Shown here one piece after another: positions 7,975 to 18,680 of a stretch of DNA of 64,000 nucleotides. Within the stretch, counting starts at the first letter, position 1. The number at the start of each line of letters is the position of its first letter. Source of the DNA: a virus. Its lineage: Duplodnaviria > Caudoviricetes. Where the stretch lies: IMG/VR virus record IMGVR_UViG_3300032301_001148, positions 1 to 64,000 of that record, one strand, 5' to 3'. The notes below the pieces were generated by a model. That model saw nothing but the letters and a program-made list of their open reading frames with translations. It had not been told where the DNA came from and did no database searches. A program made the translations under genes and the position numbers.

Positions 7975-10900
7975 ATGAAGATAGCGCACGTAGCGGACAC
8001 ACATATAAAAAACTTGAAGTACCACGATGAATATCGTGAAATTTTTAATAAGATGTATGAGATTATGCGTGAACAAAAAGTTGACGCTATTGTTCACTGC
8101 GGCGATATTGCTCACACAAAAACACAAATCAGTCCTGAATTTGTTGATATGACAGGCGAGTTCTTTAAGAATCTTGCTTCTATCGCACCAACTTATATTA
8201 TTCTAGGCAACCACGATGGAAACCTACGTAATGATTCACGTCAAGATGCAATTACGCCAATTGTTTCTGCACTAAATCTTCCTAATCTATTTCTCCTAAA
8301 AGACAGCGGAGAAATGGCGATTAGCGACGATGTGACATTAAATGTCATGAGTGTGTTTGACCAAGAAAATTGGGTTAAACCAGTTAATCCAGATAAGATT
8401 AATATTGCTCTCTTACACGGTTCTGTGTCTGGTGTTCAAACCGACACAAATTATGTAATGGAGCATGGTGAATTTACTGTAGATATTTTTGAAGGCCATG
8501 ATTATGCTTTCCTTGGCGATATTCACAAGACAAATCAGATTCTTGATTTGGAAGGTCGTGTCCGATATCCCGGCTCTACCGTTCAACAAAACTTTGGCGA
8601 AACAGACGATAAGGGTTTCTTAATTTGGGATATCCAAAGTAAGGAAAGCTTCAGCTGCAAACACTATGCCATTCCTAATCCTCGTCCATTCGTTACATTA
8701 GTATTGGACGAAAACGGCGTATTGCCCGAGATTGACGTTAAGAAAGGTGCAAGAGTTCGTATCGTTGCTGACAAGAACGTTACGCTAGAAAAGGTTAAAA
8801 AGGCCACAGAGGTCGTTAAAAGCCGTTTCCAGCCTGAGAGTGTAACCTTCGTTAACAAAGCAGTTATTTCAAAGGCTTCAGCAGAAGAAATTTCTGCTAT
8901 CACTCACACAGATAATCTTCGTGATATCGGTGTGCAAGAACGTCTTATTCGTGATTATCTAAAAGACTTTAAGGCAGAAGAAGAAGTAATTGGTAAAGTT
9001 CTTGATTTAAATAAAAAACTTTCTTCTGCATTGGAAGAAGGTGAAGAGATTAATCGTGGCGTTCGTTGGTCGCTAAAAGAACTAGAATGGGATAATCTAT
9101 TTAATTATGGTGAAGGTAATCGTGTTAATTTTGATGACCTATCTGGAATCGTTGGTATATTTGGTAAGAACTATAGCGGAAAATCTTCTGTTGTAGATAG
9201 CATGCTTTATACTATTTTTAATACCACCGCAAAAAACAATCGTAAGAATCTAAACGTTATTAATCAAAACCGTGAAAAAGGTCGTGGTAAGGTAACTATT
9301 GATATTGATGATGCTCAATATGTTGTTGAGCGTAAGAGCGAAAAATATATTAAAAAGCTAAAAGGAGTAGAAACTGTTGAAGCAAAAACAGATGTAGAAT
9401 TTACTTCCACCAATGAATCATTAAACGGTCTTGCACGTAACGATACGGACAAGAATATTCGTCGTTTCCTTGGAACAGTAGATGACTTTTTCTTGACCAG
9501 TATGGCAAGTCAATTTGGTTATCTATCATTTATTTCCGAAGGTTCAACAAAGCGTAAGGAAATCCTTGCAAAGTTTCTTGATTTGGAAAACTTTGACAAG
9601 AAGTTTAAGCTTGCAAAAGAAGAAAGTGCGGAATTAAAAGGCTTGCTTAAAAAGCTTGAAGGCGTAGACTATAAGCGTGATATTGCCAACGCTGAATTAC
9701 AGCTCTCTACAGTTGAAAACGAATTAGAAGAAAAGAAAAAATTGGTAGACGAGATTCGCAGCCGTGTTGCATCTGCCAACGAACGTCTTTGTGAATTGCA
9801 AAAATGTATTGCTGCGGTTCCAACAGTTGTTATTGATTATGACGAATTAAATGGCGACTTAAATCATTATCGTGTTGAGAAAAAAGAATTAAGCGAAGAA
9901 AATTTATTTCTTGAAGGTGAAATTGGAAAGCAAGAAAATCTTGTTGTCAAGATTGATGAATATTTAAAAAATATTGATGAAGTTGATTTGTTAGAGAAAG
10001 ATAAGCAACTTAAATTTATCAACGAACAAGTACGTATTCTGGAGCGAGATTTCAATCACGTATCTGGAGAATTAGCAACTTCCGAAAAGAAAATTAAGCT
10101 TCTTGACCAAGTTCCATGTGGAGATAAATTTCCTACTTGCAAGTTTATTAAAGACGCTTTTGCAGCAAAAGAAAATTTTGATGAATTGTCAAAAAATAGT
10201 TTTGCTATGGAAGAAACATTGCGTCATACACGCGATAGCTATATACACCTTGATGTAGAAGTCTCAGAAGGACTTAAAAAACTTTCTGATATCAAGAAAA
10301 AGCGTACTGATACAGTTTCAAAACTATCTTCCAATCAATTAAAGATGGAGAAAAACAAGAATACTATCATTGTTCTTGATACAAAAATAAACGAAACAAA
10401 CGAAAAACTGCAAAGTTATTTACAGAATCGTGAAGCAATTGAAAATTATGAGAAGCTATTGGGTGACCGTGATACTGCAAAGCAAAATGTCGCTTCTTTT
10501 ACCAAACAATTAAGCACTACAGAACATGAAATAGTAGAACTATACAAGAATCAAGGTTCTATATTGGCAAAAATTGATATTTTCAAAAAGCAGGAGAAAG
10601 AATTAGACGATTTGCGTAAACAATATAGCGCATATGATTTGTTCTTAACTTGTATGCATCCAAGTGGTATATCTTATGAAATTATCAAGAGCAAGCTTCC
10701 AGAGATTAATCAAGAAATTTCCAAGATATTGGCAAATGTTGTAGAGTTCTCTATTTATCTTGAGAATGATGACGATAAGCTAGATATTATGATTAAACAT
10801 CCAAAGTATGATGCTCGCCCATTAGAAATGGGCAGCGGTGCTGAGAAAACTCTTGCTTCTACAGCTATACGTTTAGCGCTTTTGAACGTAACAACCCTAC

Positions 10901-11103
10901 CAAAAGGTGATATCTTCATCATGGATGAGCCGGGAACGGCTTTAGATGCAGAAAATCTAGATGGCTTCGTACGTATTTTAGAACTAATTAAGGGGTATTT
11001 CAAGACAGTTATCTTGATTTCACATTTAGATAACTTAAAAGATTGTGTAGATATGCAAATCGTTATTGACCGCAAGGATGGATTTGCGTATGTCAACCAA
11101 TAG
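7975..11103 (+). CDS. Fused SbcD/Mre11 (gp47-like) nuclease and SbcC/Rad50 (gp46-like) ATPase
   Basis: N-terminal metallophosphoesterase motifs HVADTH, HCGDIAH, GNHD, LGDIH, YPGS. Then Walker A GKNYSGKSS, a long coiled coil with central PCGDKFPTC, signature MGSGAEK and Walker B FIMDEPGTALD. Confidence 0.9.
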   Translation: MKIAHVADTHIKNLKYHDEYREIFNKMYEIMREQKVDAIVHCGDIAHTKTQISPEFVDMTGEFFKNLASIAPTYIILGNHDGNLRNDSRQDAITPIVSALNLPNLFLLKDSGEMAISDDVTLNVMSVFDQENWVKPVNPDKINIALLHGSVSGVQTDTNYVMEHGEFTVDIFEGHDYAFLGDIHKTNQILDLEGRVRYPGSTVQQNFGETDDKGFLIWDIQSKESFSCKHYAIPNPRPFVTLVLDENGVLPEIDVKKGARVRIVADKNVTLEKVKKATEVVKSRFQPESVTFVNKAVISKASAEEISAITHTDNLRDIGVQERLIRDYLKDFKAEEEVIGKVLDLNKKLSSALEEGEEINRGVRWSLKELEWDNLFNYGEGNRVNFDDLSGIVGIFGKNYSGKSSVVDSMLYTIFNTTAKNNRKNLNVINQNREKGRGKVTIDIDDAQYVVERKSEKYIKKLKGVETVEAKTDVEFTSTNESLNGLARNDTDKNIRRFLGTVDDFFLTSMASQFGYLSFISEGSTKRKEILAKFLDLENFDKKFKLAKEESAELKGLLKKLEGVDYKRDIANAELQLSTVENELEEKKKLVDEIRSRVASANERLCELQKCIAAVPTVVIDYDELNGDLNHYRVEKKELSEENLFLEGEIGKQENLVVKIDEYLKNIDEVDLLEKDKQLKFINEQVRILERDFNHVSGELATSEKKIKLLDQVPCGDKFPTCKFIKDAFAAKENFDELSKNSFAMEETLRHTRDSYIHLDVEVSEGLKKLSDIKKKRTDTVSKLSSNQLKMEKNKNTIIVLDTKINETNEKLQSYLQNREAIENYEKLLGDRDTAKQNVASFTKQLSTTEHEIVELYKNQGSILAKIDIFKKQEKELDDLRKQYSAYDLFLTCMHPSGISYEIIKSKLPEINQEISKILANVVEFSIYLENDDDKLDIMIKHPKYDARPLEMGSGAEKTLASTAIRLALLNVTTLPKGDIFIMDEPGTALDAENLDGFVRILELIKGYFKTVILISHLDNLKDCVDMQIVIDRKDGFAYVNQ

Positions 11104-11110
11104 GAGAAAA

Positions 11111-11401
11111 ATGATGGCTAATATGGGACTAAAAGAAGAAGTAAAAGAAGAAATAAGTGATTTAGATAAAAGAATGGAAGTAGAACGTAAAAAATTAGAT
11201 GGTTCACGTCTAGGATTGGTTGATTTGGTGACTGAGAAGTTTGTTTCTCGTAAATTAATGGTATGGGGAATAGCTACAGTGCTCTTATGGACAACTAAAA
11301 TCACCCCAGATGAATGGACAGCTATTACTTTGGGCTATGTAGGTATAGAAGGCATGGCAGATTTAGCAGTAAAATGGAAATCCGCAGGAAAAAAGGAATA
11401 A
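11111..11401 (+). CDS. Small membrane protein, holin-like
   Basis: SD aggag before the ATG at 11111; two hydrophobic segments after SRKL; basic C-terminus. Confidence 0.45.
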   Translation: MMANMGLKEEVKEEISDLDKRMEVERKKLDGSRLGLVDLVTEKFVSRKLMVWGIATVLLWTTKITPDEWTAITLGYVGIEGMADLAVKWKSAGKKE

Positions 11402-11405
11402 TATA

Positions 11406-11804
11406 ATGATTAAATTAAAACAATACTGGAATAAATTTAAAGTTTGGATTGGACTTTTTGTTGCTGGAGTGGCTTTAAGTTTTCTAGTACTTAGAAAATA
11501 CGTAGGCGATGGTTTAGAACAACAACGAGAACAATATAAAAAAGAAGAAGAAGCAAAAATAGCAGCAGAACAAAAATTAGCTAAAGAAACAAAGAAGCTA
11601 GAAGAAAAGAAACAAGAAGAAATAAAGGTAGTAGATGAAGATAAGAAACAAAAACTAAAAGAAGTGGTAGCAAAGGCAAAGGAAGAAAAAAGAAGATTAG
11701 TAGAAGAAGCTAAACGTGACCCACAAGGCTTTAAAGTAGAGCTAAAGAAAGAACTTGGTGTAACTGAAAAGAAAAAGAAAGGCTCTCGCAAGAAAAATGG
11801 CTAA
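11406..11804 (+). CDS. Membrane-anchored coiled-coil protein (i-spanin-like)
   Basis: One N-terminal hydrophobic helix followed by a K/E-rich coiled coil. Confidence 0.4.
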   Translation: MIKLKQYWNKFKVWIGLFVAGVALSFLVLRKYVGDGLEQQREQYKKEEEAKIAAEQKLAKETKKLEEKKQEEIKVVDEDKKQKLKEVVAKAKEEKRRLVEEAKRDPQGFKVELKKELGVTEKKKKGSRKKNG

Positions 11805-12300
11805 TTTAAAATCTTTAGTATCACTTATTACGCTGCTAGCGTTCCTAGCGGTGCGGATTCCTATTGCTTATGCCCTACCTCCAGCAGCTGCAGCTGGAGT
11901 AGAAGCTATAGCAGAGGATGAATATGAAGATGGCGATTATGTTGTAGTTAAACAGGGCGAAGAAGCGCCTTATGACGGTTTTCTTTTTGATTCTGAGGGG
12001 TTATCTAAGGTAATTGCTAATAAAACGTTTCAATTAGATAAACTAAGAATAGAAAAAGATAGTGAAATAGCTAAACTAAATTTAGATATTAAGTATCTTA
12101 AAGAACAACAAGCTTTAGAACTTAAAATAAGTAAAGAATTAAGTGATAATATAGTAGTTATTAAAGATAAAAGAATACAGCAATTAGAAGATAGTAAAAA
12201 ATGGGATGATGTTAAGCTATTTGGTTCTATGTTACTAGGAATGGCTTTGTCAGTAACAATATTTTATGCAGCGGTGAAAATAACCAATGTCAATCAATAA
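11797..12300 (+). CDS. Exported/membrane protein with signal peptide and C-terminal TM helix (spanin-like candidate)
   Basis: Signal peptide ending AYA, coiled-coil middle, C-terminal hydrophobic helix; overlaps the previous gene. Confidence 0.4.
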   Translation: MANLKSLVSLITLLAFLAVRIPIAYALPPAAAAGVEAIAEDEYEDGDYVVVKQGEEAPYDGFLFDSEGLSKVIANKTFQLDKLRIEKDSEIAKLNLDIKYLKEQQALELKISKELSDNIVVIKDKRIQQLEDSKKWDDVKLFGSMLLGMALSVTIFYAAVKITNVNQ

Positions 12301-12679
12301 AAAAGACCCTAACTACATAGCTGCTTTAGAAAGAGCGGTAAAAGAAAAGTATGGAGAACAAGCAACAATGCATCCAAAATATTTCTGGAATCAGGATAAA
12401 GAACGTGAATATGCCGCAGATACTAAAGAAACGGTTAAAAAGCAGCTAACTAATGAACAATCCAGAGAAAAAGTAGATTTAGGCGGGATTTTAATACCAA
12501 AGAAACTAATTAATAAAAATGAACATAAGTCTTGTTCTGTCTGTAAACAGTATAGTTTTGATAAAAAAGACGATGTATATTTAAATAAATTCACTACATG
12601 TCAAATATGTTATATTCAGCATATAGAAGGTAGAGAAGAAAGATGGACTAGTGGTTGGCGTCCATATGGAGATAAATAA
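12287..12679 (+). CDS. Hypothetical protein with CxxC...CxxC
   Basis: CSVC and CQIC pairs; C-terminal EGREERWTSGWRP. Confidence 0.6.
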   Translation: MSINKKDPNYIAALERAVKEKYGEQATMHPKYFWNQDKEREYAADTKETVKKQLTNEQSREKVDLGGILIPKKLINKNEHKSCSVCKQYSFDKKDDVYLNKFTTCQICYIQHIEGREERWTSGWRPYGDK

Positions 12680-13189
12680 ATGGCTAGCATTCTAGAAGTT
12701 GTAAATGGAATTTCACAAGCAATACACGCTAAACATCATGGTGGAGCAGAAGTAGGCTTAAAGCGTGAAACAGAAGACCTTGTACAAGGAGTTTCTATTT
12801 ATGACCCCAGAATGATTGATGGTTTCGGAATTCAATATCAAGGTAACATGTTAATCTTGAAATATCACAGTGAAATGCCAATAGTAAAAGTACATGATAA
12901 AAATTTTGAAACTGATATTCGTAGAACTATGAAAGATATTATTTCTTTTATCAAATCTGAATATAAGAAAGTAACTAAAAAGTCTTTAGAATTAACCGAA
13001 CATGGCGATGTCAACGTAATGGTCCAAAGTGCTAATCGTAGAACCGCTTACGTTAACGCAACTCAATCTTATCAAATTGGTAACATAGAAGGTTATAACA
13101 AAGAAGATAGTAAGCCAGAACAATCTTATGCTGATATTGCTAAGCGCTGGTTGATGAATGTTAAACAACCAAAAACGTATCTTAAATAG
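12680..13189 (+). CDS. Hypothetical protein upstream of terminase
   Basis: ORF track; abuts the previous gene. Confidence 0.6.
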   Translation: MASILEVVNGISQAIHAKHHGGAEVGLKRETEDLVQGVSIYDPRMIDGFGIQYQGNMLILKYHSEMPIVKVHDKNFETDIRRTMKDIISFIKSEYKKVTKKSLELTEHGDVNVMVQSANRRTAYVNATQSYQIGNIEGYNKEDSKPEQSYADIAKRWLMNVKQPKTYLK

Positions 13190-13205
13190 GTAATAAGGTA
13201 ATGGC

Positions 13206-14783
13206 ATGGCGTATAAATTATCTAAAGAGGAAATCACTAAAGAAATCCTAAAGTGTGGCAAAGACCCAGCCTACTTTTTAGATAATTACGCCAAAATTGT
13301 TCATCAAAGCAAAGGTTTAATACCATTTAGAACTTTTAAGTTTCAAAAAGAGTTATTAAACGATTTCCACGACCATCGTTATAACGTAATTTTAAAATCC
13401 CGTCAAATGGGTATTTCCACGATTGTATCTGGTTATATTGCATGGATGCTTTTGTTTCACAAAGAACGCAATGTTCTTGTAATGGCAACGAAACTCAACA
13501 CGGCAATTGAAATCGTAGAAAAAGTTAAAGACATTATTGATTCAGTGCCAGCATATATCAAGATTGCTGAAATAACTATTAACAATAAAACTAAACTTGA
13601 ATTAAGCAACGGTTCTAAAATTCAAGGTGTACCAACTTCAAAAGATGCAGGCCGTTCTCAAGCGCTATCTTTATTAGTTCTTGACGAAGCAGCTCACGTT
13701 GAAGACATGGATGATTTATGGACAGGTTTGTTACCTACAGTTTCTACAGGTGGTCGCTGTATCGCTCTTTCAACACCAAATGGTGTTGGTAACTGGTTCC
13801 ATAAAACATATGTAGATGCTGAAAGTGGCCAAAATAACTTTAAACCAACTAAATTGCCATGGCACATGCATCCTGAATATACTCAGGAATGGTTTGATAA
13901 TATGACACGTAACATGAGCAAGCGTCAAATTGCTCAAGAATTTGAATGTAATTTCAATGCATCTGGTGAAACAGTAATGCATGCAGAAGATATTACTAAA
14001 TTAAAGAAGCTTATTGTTGAACCAAAACATAGAACTTGGATTGATAGAAATTATCACATTTGGAAAGAGTATGAACCAAACGGCTCTTATTTATTGTCTG
14101 CTGACGTAGCTAGAGGTGATGGAAAAGACTATTCTGTATTTCACGTGTTAGATGTTAAAAATATGGAACAGGTGGCAGAGTATCAAGGAAAAGTAGACCT
14201 TGATAATTTTGCTAAATTACTTTTTGATTCTGGAAAAGAATACGGCAATTGCATGATAGTTGTAGAAAATAACAACGTTGGATTTGCGGTATTAACAAAA
14301 TTAGTTGATATGTTGTATCCAAACGTTTATTATTCACAAAAAGGTTCTCAAGATTTTATTGACAGTACTTCTGCACAGTATAGTTCTAATTCTGTTCCCG
14401 GCTTTACAACAACAATGAAAACCAGACCATTGATTGTAGCTAAATTAGAAGAATTTATTCGTAATAAAAGTATTAAAATTAATTCACAACGTGTTATAAA
14501 TGAATTAGATACTTTCGTATGGGTAAATGGCAGACCAGAGGCACAAAAGGGCTATAACGACGATTTAGTAATGTCTTTGGCAATTGGTTGTTGGGTTAGA
14601 GATACTGCGGTAATTAATAATGAAAGAAATTTAGAATATTCTAAAGCATTCTTAAATTCAATTATTAAAAGTAGCAATTATTTAGAAACATCAATTCGTA
14701 GTTTTCAAAATGAAGATAAAGCTCGTAAAATACAACAAGCACAACAACAATACAAAGATTTTTTGTGGCTTATTAAGGGTTAA
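13206..14783 (+). CDS. terL: Terminase large subunit (T4 gp17-like)
   Basis: Walker A LKSRQMGIST, Walker B LLVLDEAAH, LSTPNG, and nuclease motifs ADVARGDGKDYS and NDDLVMS. Confidence 0.95.
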   Translation: MAYKLSKEEITKEILKCGKDPAYFLDNYAKIVHQSKGLIPFRTFKFQKELLNDFHDHRYNVILKSRQMGISTIVSGYIAWMLLFHKERNVLVMATKLNTAIEIVEKVKDIIDSVPAYIKIAEITINNKTKLELSNGSKIQGVPTSKDAGRSQALSLLVLDEAAHVEDMDDLWTGLLPTVSTGGRCIALSTPNGVGNWFHKTYVDAESGQNNFKPTKLPWHMHPEYTQEWFDNMTRNMSKRQIAQEFECNFNASGETVMHAEDITKLKKLIVEPKHRTWIDRNYHIWKEYEPNGSYLLSADVARGDGKDYSVFHVLDVKNMEQVAEYQGKVDLDNFAKLLFDSGKEYGNCMIVVENNNVGFAVLTKLVDMLYPNVYYSQKGSQDFIDSTSAQYSSNSVPGFTTTMKTRPLIVAKLEEFIRNKSIKINSQRVINELDTFVWVNGRPEAQKGYNDDLVMSLAIGCWVRDTAVINNERNLEYSKAFLNSIIKSSNYLETSIRSFQNEDKARKIQQAQQQYKDFLWLIKG

Positions 14784-14788
14784 ATAAA

Positions 14789-16726
14789 ATGGCAGATAAT
14801 AAAAATAAATATAACAGTTTGTCTAAGAAGAATCCACGCAATAGTCAATCGCCGCTATATACTGGTTTGACTAGATTATTTTCTGGTCCATTAGCTAGCT
14901 TTCGTTCACAGGCACAAATTCGTTATAAGCGTCGTGATTTAGACCGCTATAAGTTTACTTCTGCTAGTGGTCAAGCCTTTAAGAAAAAGTCCTATAACCC
15001 ATTTGAAGCCATTCAAAGCAACATTATGGCCAACCAAAGTCGTGCTGAGCGTTACAGCGACTTTGACCAAATGGAATTCATGCCGGAAATTGCTTCTGCA
15101 TTAGATATATATGCCGATGAAATGACAACATGTAATTCTTTTAGACAAGTATTAATAGTTGACAGCAAAAATGAAGAAATAAAAAATATTCTTTATAATC
15201 TTTATTATAATATTTTGAATCTAGAAACAAATTTATTTTCTTGGTGCAGAACCATGTGTAAATTTGGTGATTTCTTTCTTTATTTAGATATTGATGAAAA
15301 ATTAGGAATTAAGTCTTGCTTAGGATTGCCTTCACCAGAAGTAGAAAGACTAGAAGGCGAAGATGAAAGCAATCCTAACTATGTTCAATTCCAATGGAAC
15401 AGTGCTGGAATGACATTTGAAAATTGGCAAATTGCACACTTTAGAGTATTAGGACAGGATAAATATGGTCCATATGGTACCTCTATTCTAGAACCAGCTA
15501 GACGTATATGGCGTCAACTACAATTGATGGAAGATGCGATGATGGCATATCGTATTGTTCGTGCCCCTGACCGTCGTGTATTTTATATAGACGTTGGAAA
15601 CGTAGCACCGGCTGAAGTAGAACAATTCATGCAAAAAATTATTACTCAAATGAAACGTAACCAAATAATAGACCCAAACACAGGTCGTGTTGATTTACGT
15701 TATAACCCAATGAGTATTGATGAAGATTACTTCTTGCCAGTTAGAGGTACACAAGGTGGTACTAAAATTGATACACTTCCCGGTGGTCAATTTCAAGGTG
15801 ATATTGATGACGTACAATATCTTCGTGATAAGCTATTTTCTGCTATTAAAGTTCCACAAGCATATCTTTCAAGCGCTAAAGATAAAGCTCCAGAAGACAA
15901 AAGCACATTAGCTCAAAAAGATATTCGTTTTGCTAGGACTGTACAAAGATTGCAAAGAATTATTACTAGCGAATTAGAAAAAATTGGTATTATTCATCTT
16001 TATACACTTGGATATCGGAATGAAGATTTACTTAAGTTCAAAATTAAACTAAATAATCCATCAAAAATCAGTGAATTACAAGAAATTGAACACTTTAAAG
16101 CACAACTAGAAGTGGCTGCATCAGCAAAAGAAAACGGTTTCTCTAAACGTTGGATTTATGAAAATATCTTCCGTATGAATGATACAGATTTCTTGCGTAT
16201 TCAACGTGATTTATATTACGACAAGCAAACTGAAAAAGCTATTGAAGCAGGAGAAGTAAGTGATACAGGAACAGTAGGCGGTGGTACCACGGCAGCTGAT
16301 ACAGCCGCATTAGGACTAGAAGGCGGCGAAGGTGAAGAAGCACCAGCGGGAGAAACATCAGCCGAAGAAACACCAGCTCCAGAGGAAGAATCTAATTTAT
16401 TAGCGGCTCCAGCTAGAAGAGATGATTCATCTTATACAACTCCCGGTGCAAAAGGTAAAGTTTATACACCAGTAAAATATGATAGCCGTCCAAGTGGTGC
16501 CCGTTCAAGACATTTTGAAAGAACTCACACACCTGAATCTACTACCAGTAAATACAGAAATTTATTTGCCGGTAGCAAACCTTTGTCTCAAGCCAGTAAA
16601 GGAATATTTAATGAGTCATCAGAAGGTTTTGAGAGTGATGAAAAAATGTTGATGGACGTAGAAAATAAGCTCCAAATGCTTTCAAAAACACTACTTAAAG
16701 AAGATAAAGAATCGGAGAAAGAATAA
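14789..16726 (+). CDS. Portal vertex protein (T4 gp20-like)
   Basis: YRIVRAPDRRVFYIDVGN, EDYFLP, IDTLPGG and DIRFARTVQRLQ are gp20-family motifs; acidic C-terminal extension. Confidence 0.93.
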   Translation: MADNKNKYNSLSKKNPRNSQSPLYTGLTRLFSGPLASFRSQAQIRYKRRDLDRYKFTSASGQAFKKKSYNPFEAIQSNIMANQSRAERYSDFDQMEFMPEIASALDIYADEMTTCNSFRQVLIVDSKNEEIKNILYNLYYNILNLETNLFSWCRTMCKFGDFFLYLDIDEKLGIKSCLGLPSPEVERLEGEDESNPNYVQFQWNSAGMTFENWQIAHFRVLGQDKYGPYGTSILEPARRIWRQLQLMEDAMMAYRIVRAPDRRVFYIDVGNVAPAEVEQFMQKIITQMKRNQIIDPNTGRVDLRYNPMSIDEDYFLPVRGTQGGTKIDTLPGGQFQGDIDDVQYLRDKLFSAIKVPQAYLSSAKDKAPEDKSTLAQKDIRFARTVQRLQRIITSELEKIGIIHLYTLGYRNEDLLKFKIKLNNPSKISELQEIEHFKAQLEVAASAKENGFSKRWIYENIFRMNDTDFLRIQRDLYYDKQTEKAIEAGEVSDTGTVGGGTTAADTAALGLEGGEGEEAPAGETSAEETPAPEEESNLLAAPARRDDSSYTTPGAKGKVYTPVKYDSRPSGARSRHFERTHTPESTTSKYRNLFAGSKPLSQASKGIFNESSEGFESDEKMLMDVENKLQMLSKTLLKEDKESEKE

Positions 16727-16727
16727 A

Positions 16728-17540
16728 ATGAAACATAATAAGAAAAGAAATACCGCTTTTCTTTACGAGGTTCTTCTACGTGAAGGCACAAAAGCATCTT
16801 TAGAAAAAGATTTTAATCGTTTAAAGGCAATTAAATCTTTAATTGTTGAATATTTTCACCCTCAAGCAGTTTTAGGATACGAATTATCACTATATAAAGC
16901 TTTACGTTCTACAGAAATAGAAAAGTCAATTAGTGAAAAGTATCTAACTGAAGTAAAAAATCGTCATAACAATATTGATAAACGTTTATTATTTAATGAA
17001 CAAACTAAATTAATTAATAAAATTAATAAATCTTTAGGAGCAAATATATATAATAATTTTGTTCCTTATTATAAAGATTTAGCAACAATTTCTCAAATAT
17101 TTAGCGATTCTACTCCAATAAAAGAAAAAATATTACTTGAAGAAGCACTATTAAAAGACTTGCAAACCCTTAATGAAAGCGGCAAGCAAGAGTTAAAACC
17201 AATTGATGCAATTGTTTACAGAACATTCGTTAAAAAGTTTAATGACAAATATTCTAGTTTATTAAGTGAACAAAAAGATTTATTAACAAAATATGTTAGT
17301 TCGTTTGCTGATAATAGCCTAGAACTTAAGTTATACCTAAACGAAGAAATTAGTAGATTAAACGATAAAATTAATTTTGCTTTACAATCGGAAGAAATTA
17401 AATCAGATTTTAGAATGCAAGATAAAACAAAAAAATTGCTATCTGTATTACAAGAATTTAAATCTAAAAAAGATTTAACTCCTGACATGTTAGAAAATGT
17501 ATTAAAAATACAACAATTTGTTCATGAGGTAGAAAGTTAA
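16728..17540 (+). CDS. Hypothetical head-module protein
   Basis: MKHNKKRNTAFLYE N-terminus; lies between portal and protease. Confidence 0.65.
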   Translation: MKHNKKRNTAFLYEVLLREGTKASLEKDFNRLKAIKSLIVEYFHPQAVLGYELSLYKALRSTEIEKSISEKYLTEVKNRHNNIDKRLLFNEQTKLINKINKSLGANIYNNFVPYYKDLATISQIFSDSTPIKEKILLEEALLKDLQTLNESGKQELKPIDAIVYRTFVKKFNDKYSSLLSEQKDLLTKYVSSFADNSLELKLYLNEEISRLNDKINFALQSEEIKSDFRMQDKTKKLLSVLQEFKSKKDLTPDMLENVLKIQQFVHEVES

Positions 17541-18061
17541 TGCTTAAAATTATTGTTAAAGGCTCAACCGGCGAACAAAAAGAAGTAAACATTCGCAAAA
17601 CTCTTTCTGGTGATTTTATGTTACGGGAACATCCAGAAATTGATATTATTGTTGTGCCTGAAAAACAAAAAGTATTGGTATTACCAAAAGATGAACAAAG
17701 CGACCACGTTTACAAATTGCAAGAACGTTTATTTAAATATATGGTACAAAAAGGCGTAATACTACCTGAAAGCGTATTTGCTGGTAATGTTTATGGTTCA
17801 TTGCAGGGTAACTATCCGCAACAAGCCCCAGAAGGCGTAGACCCATTACAGGTTGTTATATATAATCTTGCTAATTTTATAGAAGAAGAACGTCCTAAAT
17901 ACGAATACGAAAAAGCATACGAAGAAGAAATGGAAAAAGAACTTCTCGTTCCTGATACAGAAGATTCTACAGAATTAGGAGAAGTTCCTCAAGAACCGTT
18001 TAAGGGAAGCATTCCTAAATATGGATTCCCAACCCGTGGCATATATCGTTACAATTATTAG
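17540..18061 (+). CDS. Hypothetical protein
   Basis: ORF track; TAATG coupling with the previous gene. Confidence 0.6.
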   Translation: MLKIIVKGSTGEQKEVNIRKTLSGDFMLREHPEIDIIVVPEKQKVLVLPKDEQSDHVYKLQERLFKYMVQKGVILPESVFAGNVYGSLQGNYPQQAPEGVDPLQVVIYNLANFIEEERPKYEYEKAYEEEMEKELLVPDTEDSTELGEVPQEPFKGSIPKYGFPTRGIYRYNY

Positions 18062-18082
18062 TATCTTTTAAGGAGAAAACAT

Positions 18083-18679
18083 ATGAAGGTTACAAAACAA
18101 CACTTGATGAGTTTAATTAAAGAAGAAGTAGAGTTAATGAAAGAAGAACAATTATTGAATGAGCAATATGATGCAGTATTAGAAAAAATTAATACTATGT
18201 CTTATGAAGAATTACATGAGGCAGTATTAGGCAGGTTCGCTCAAAAATTAGGTAGTGCCGCAGCCGGTGCTGTTAAGACAGGTGCTGAAAAACTTGGTCA
18301 AGCAGTTGGTAAAAAAGTAACCGCTGCTAAAACAGCTGTTACTAACACATTAACCGCCGCTAAAGCATCTGTAGATAAAACAAAAGAACAAGTTTTAGCT
18401 ATGTATGATGAAGCACAAAAAGAAGAAGTTAAAGCAATTATGGCTGCAGCAAGACAAAAAGCCGCTAGTCAAACAGCGCAAATATTAACTGATTTTGTTT
18501 CTTTAGCAAAAAAGAAAAATATTCCAAACCCAGAAGCATTAGCATTAGGTGTTCTAACAAGTATTTATGACGGTTTCCAAGAACAAATGGGAAAAAATCC
18601 ACAAACTGGCATGGGTAAAATTGGACAACGTGGCGTTACCGTAGGTGGTGCAGCAGCTTCCGGCCAAGTAGAAGAATAA
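18083..18679 (+). CDS. Putative internal head protein
   Basis: SD aaggag; N-terminus MKVTKQHLMSLIKEEV; Ala/Lys-rich helical body. Confidence 0.55.
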   Translation: MKVTKQHLMSLIKEEVELMKEEQLLNEQYDAVLEKINTMSYEELHEAVLGRFAQKLGSAAAGAVKTGAEKLGQAVGKKVTAAKTAVTNTLTAAKASVDKTKEQVLAMYDEAQKEEVKAIMAAARQKAASQTAQILTDFVSLAKKKNIPNPEALALGVLTSIYDGFQEQMGKNPQTGMGKIGQRGVTVGGAAASGQVEE

Positions 18680-18680
18680 A

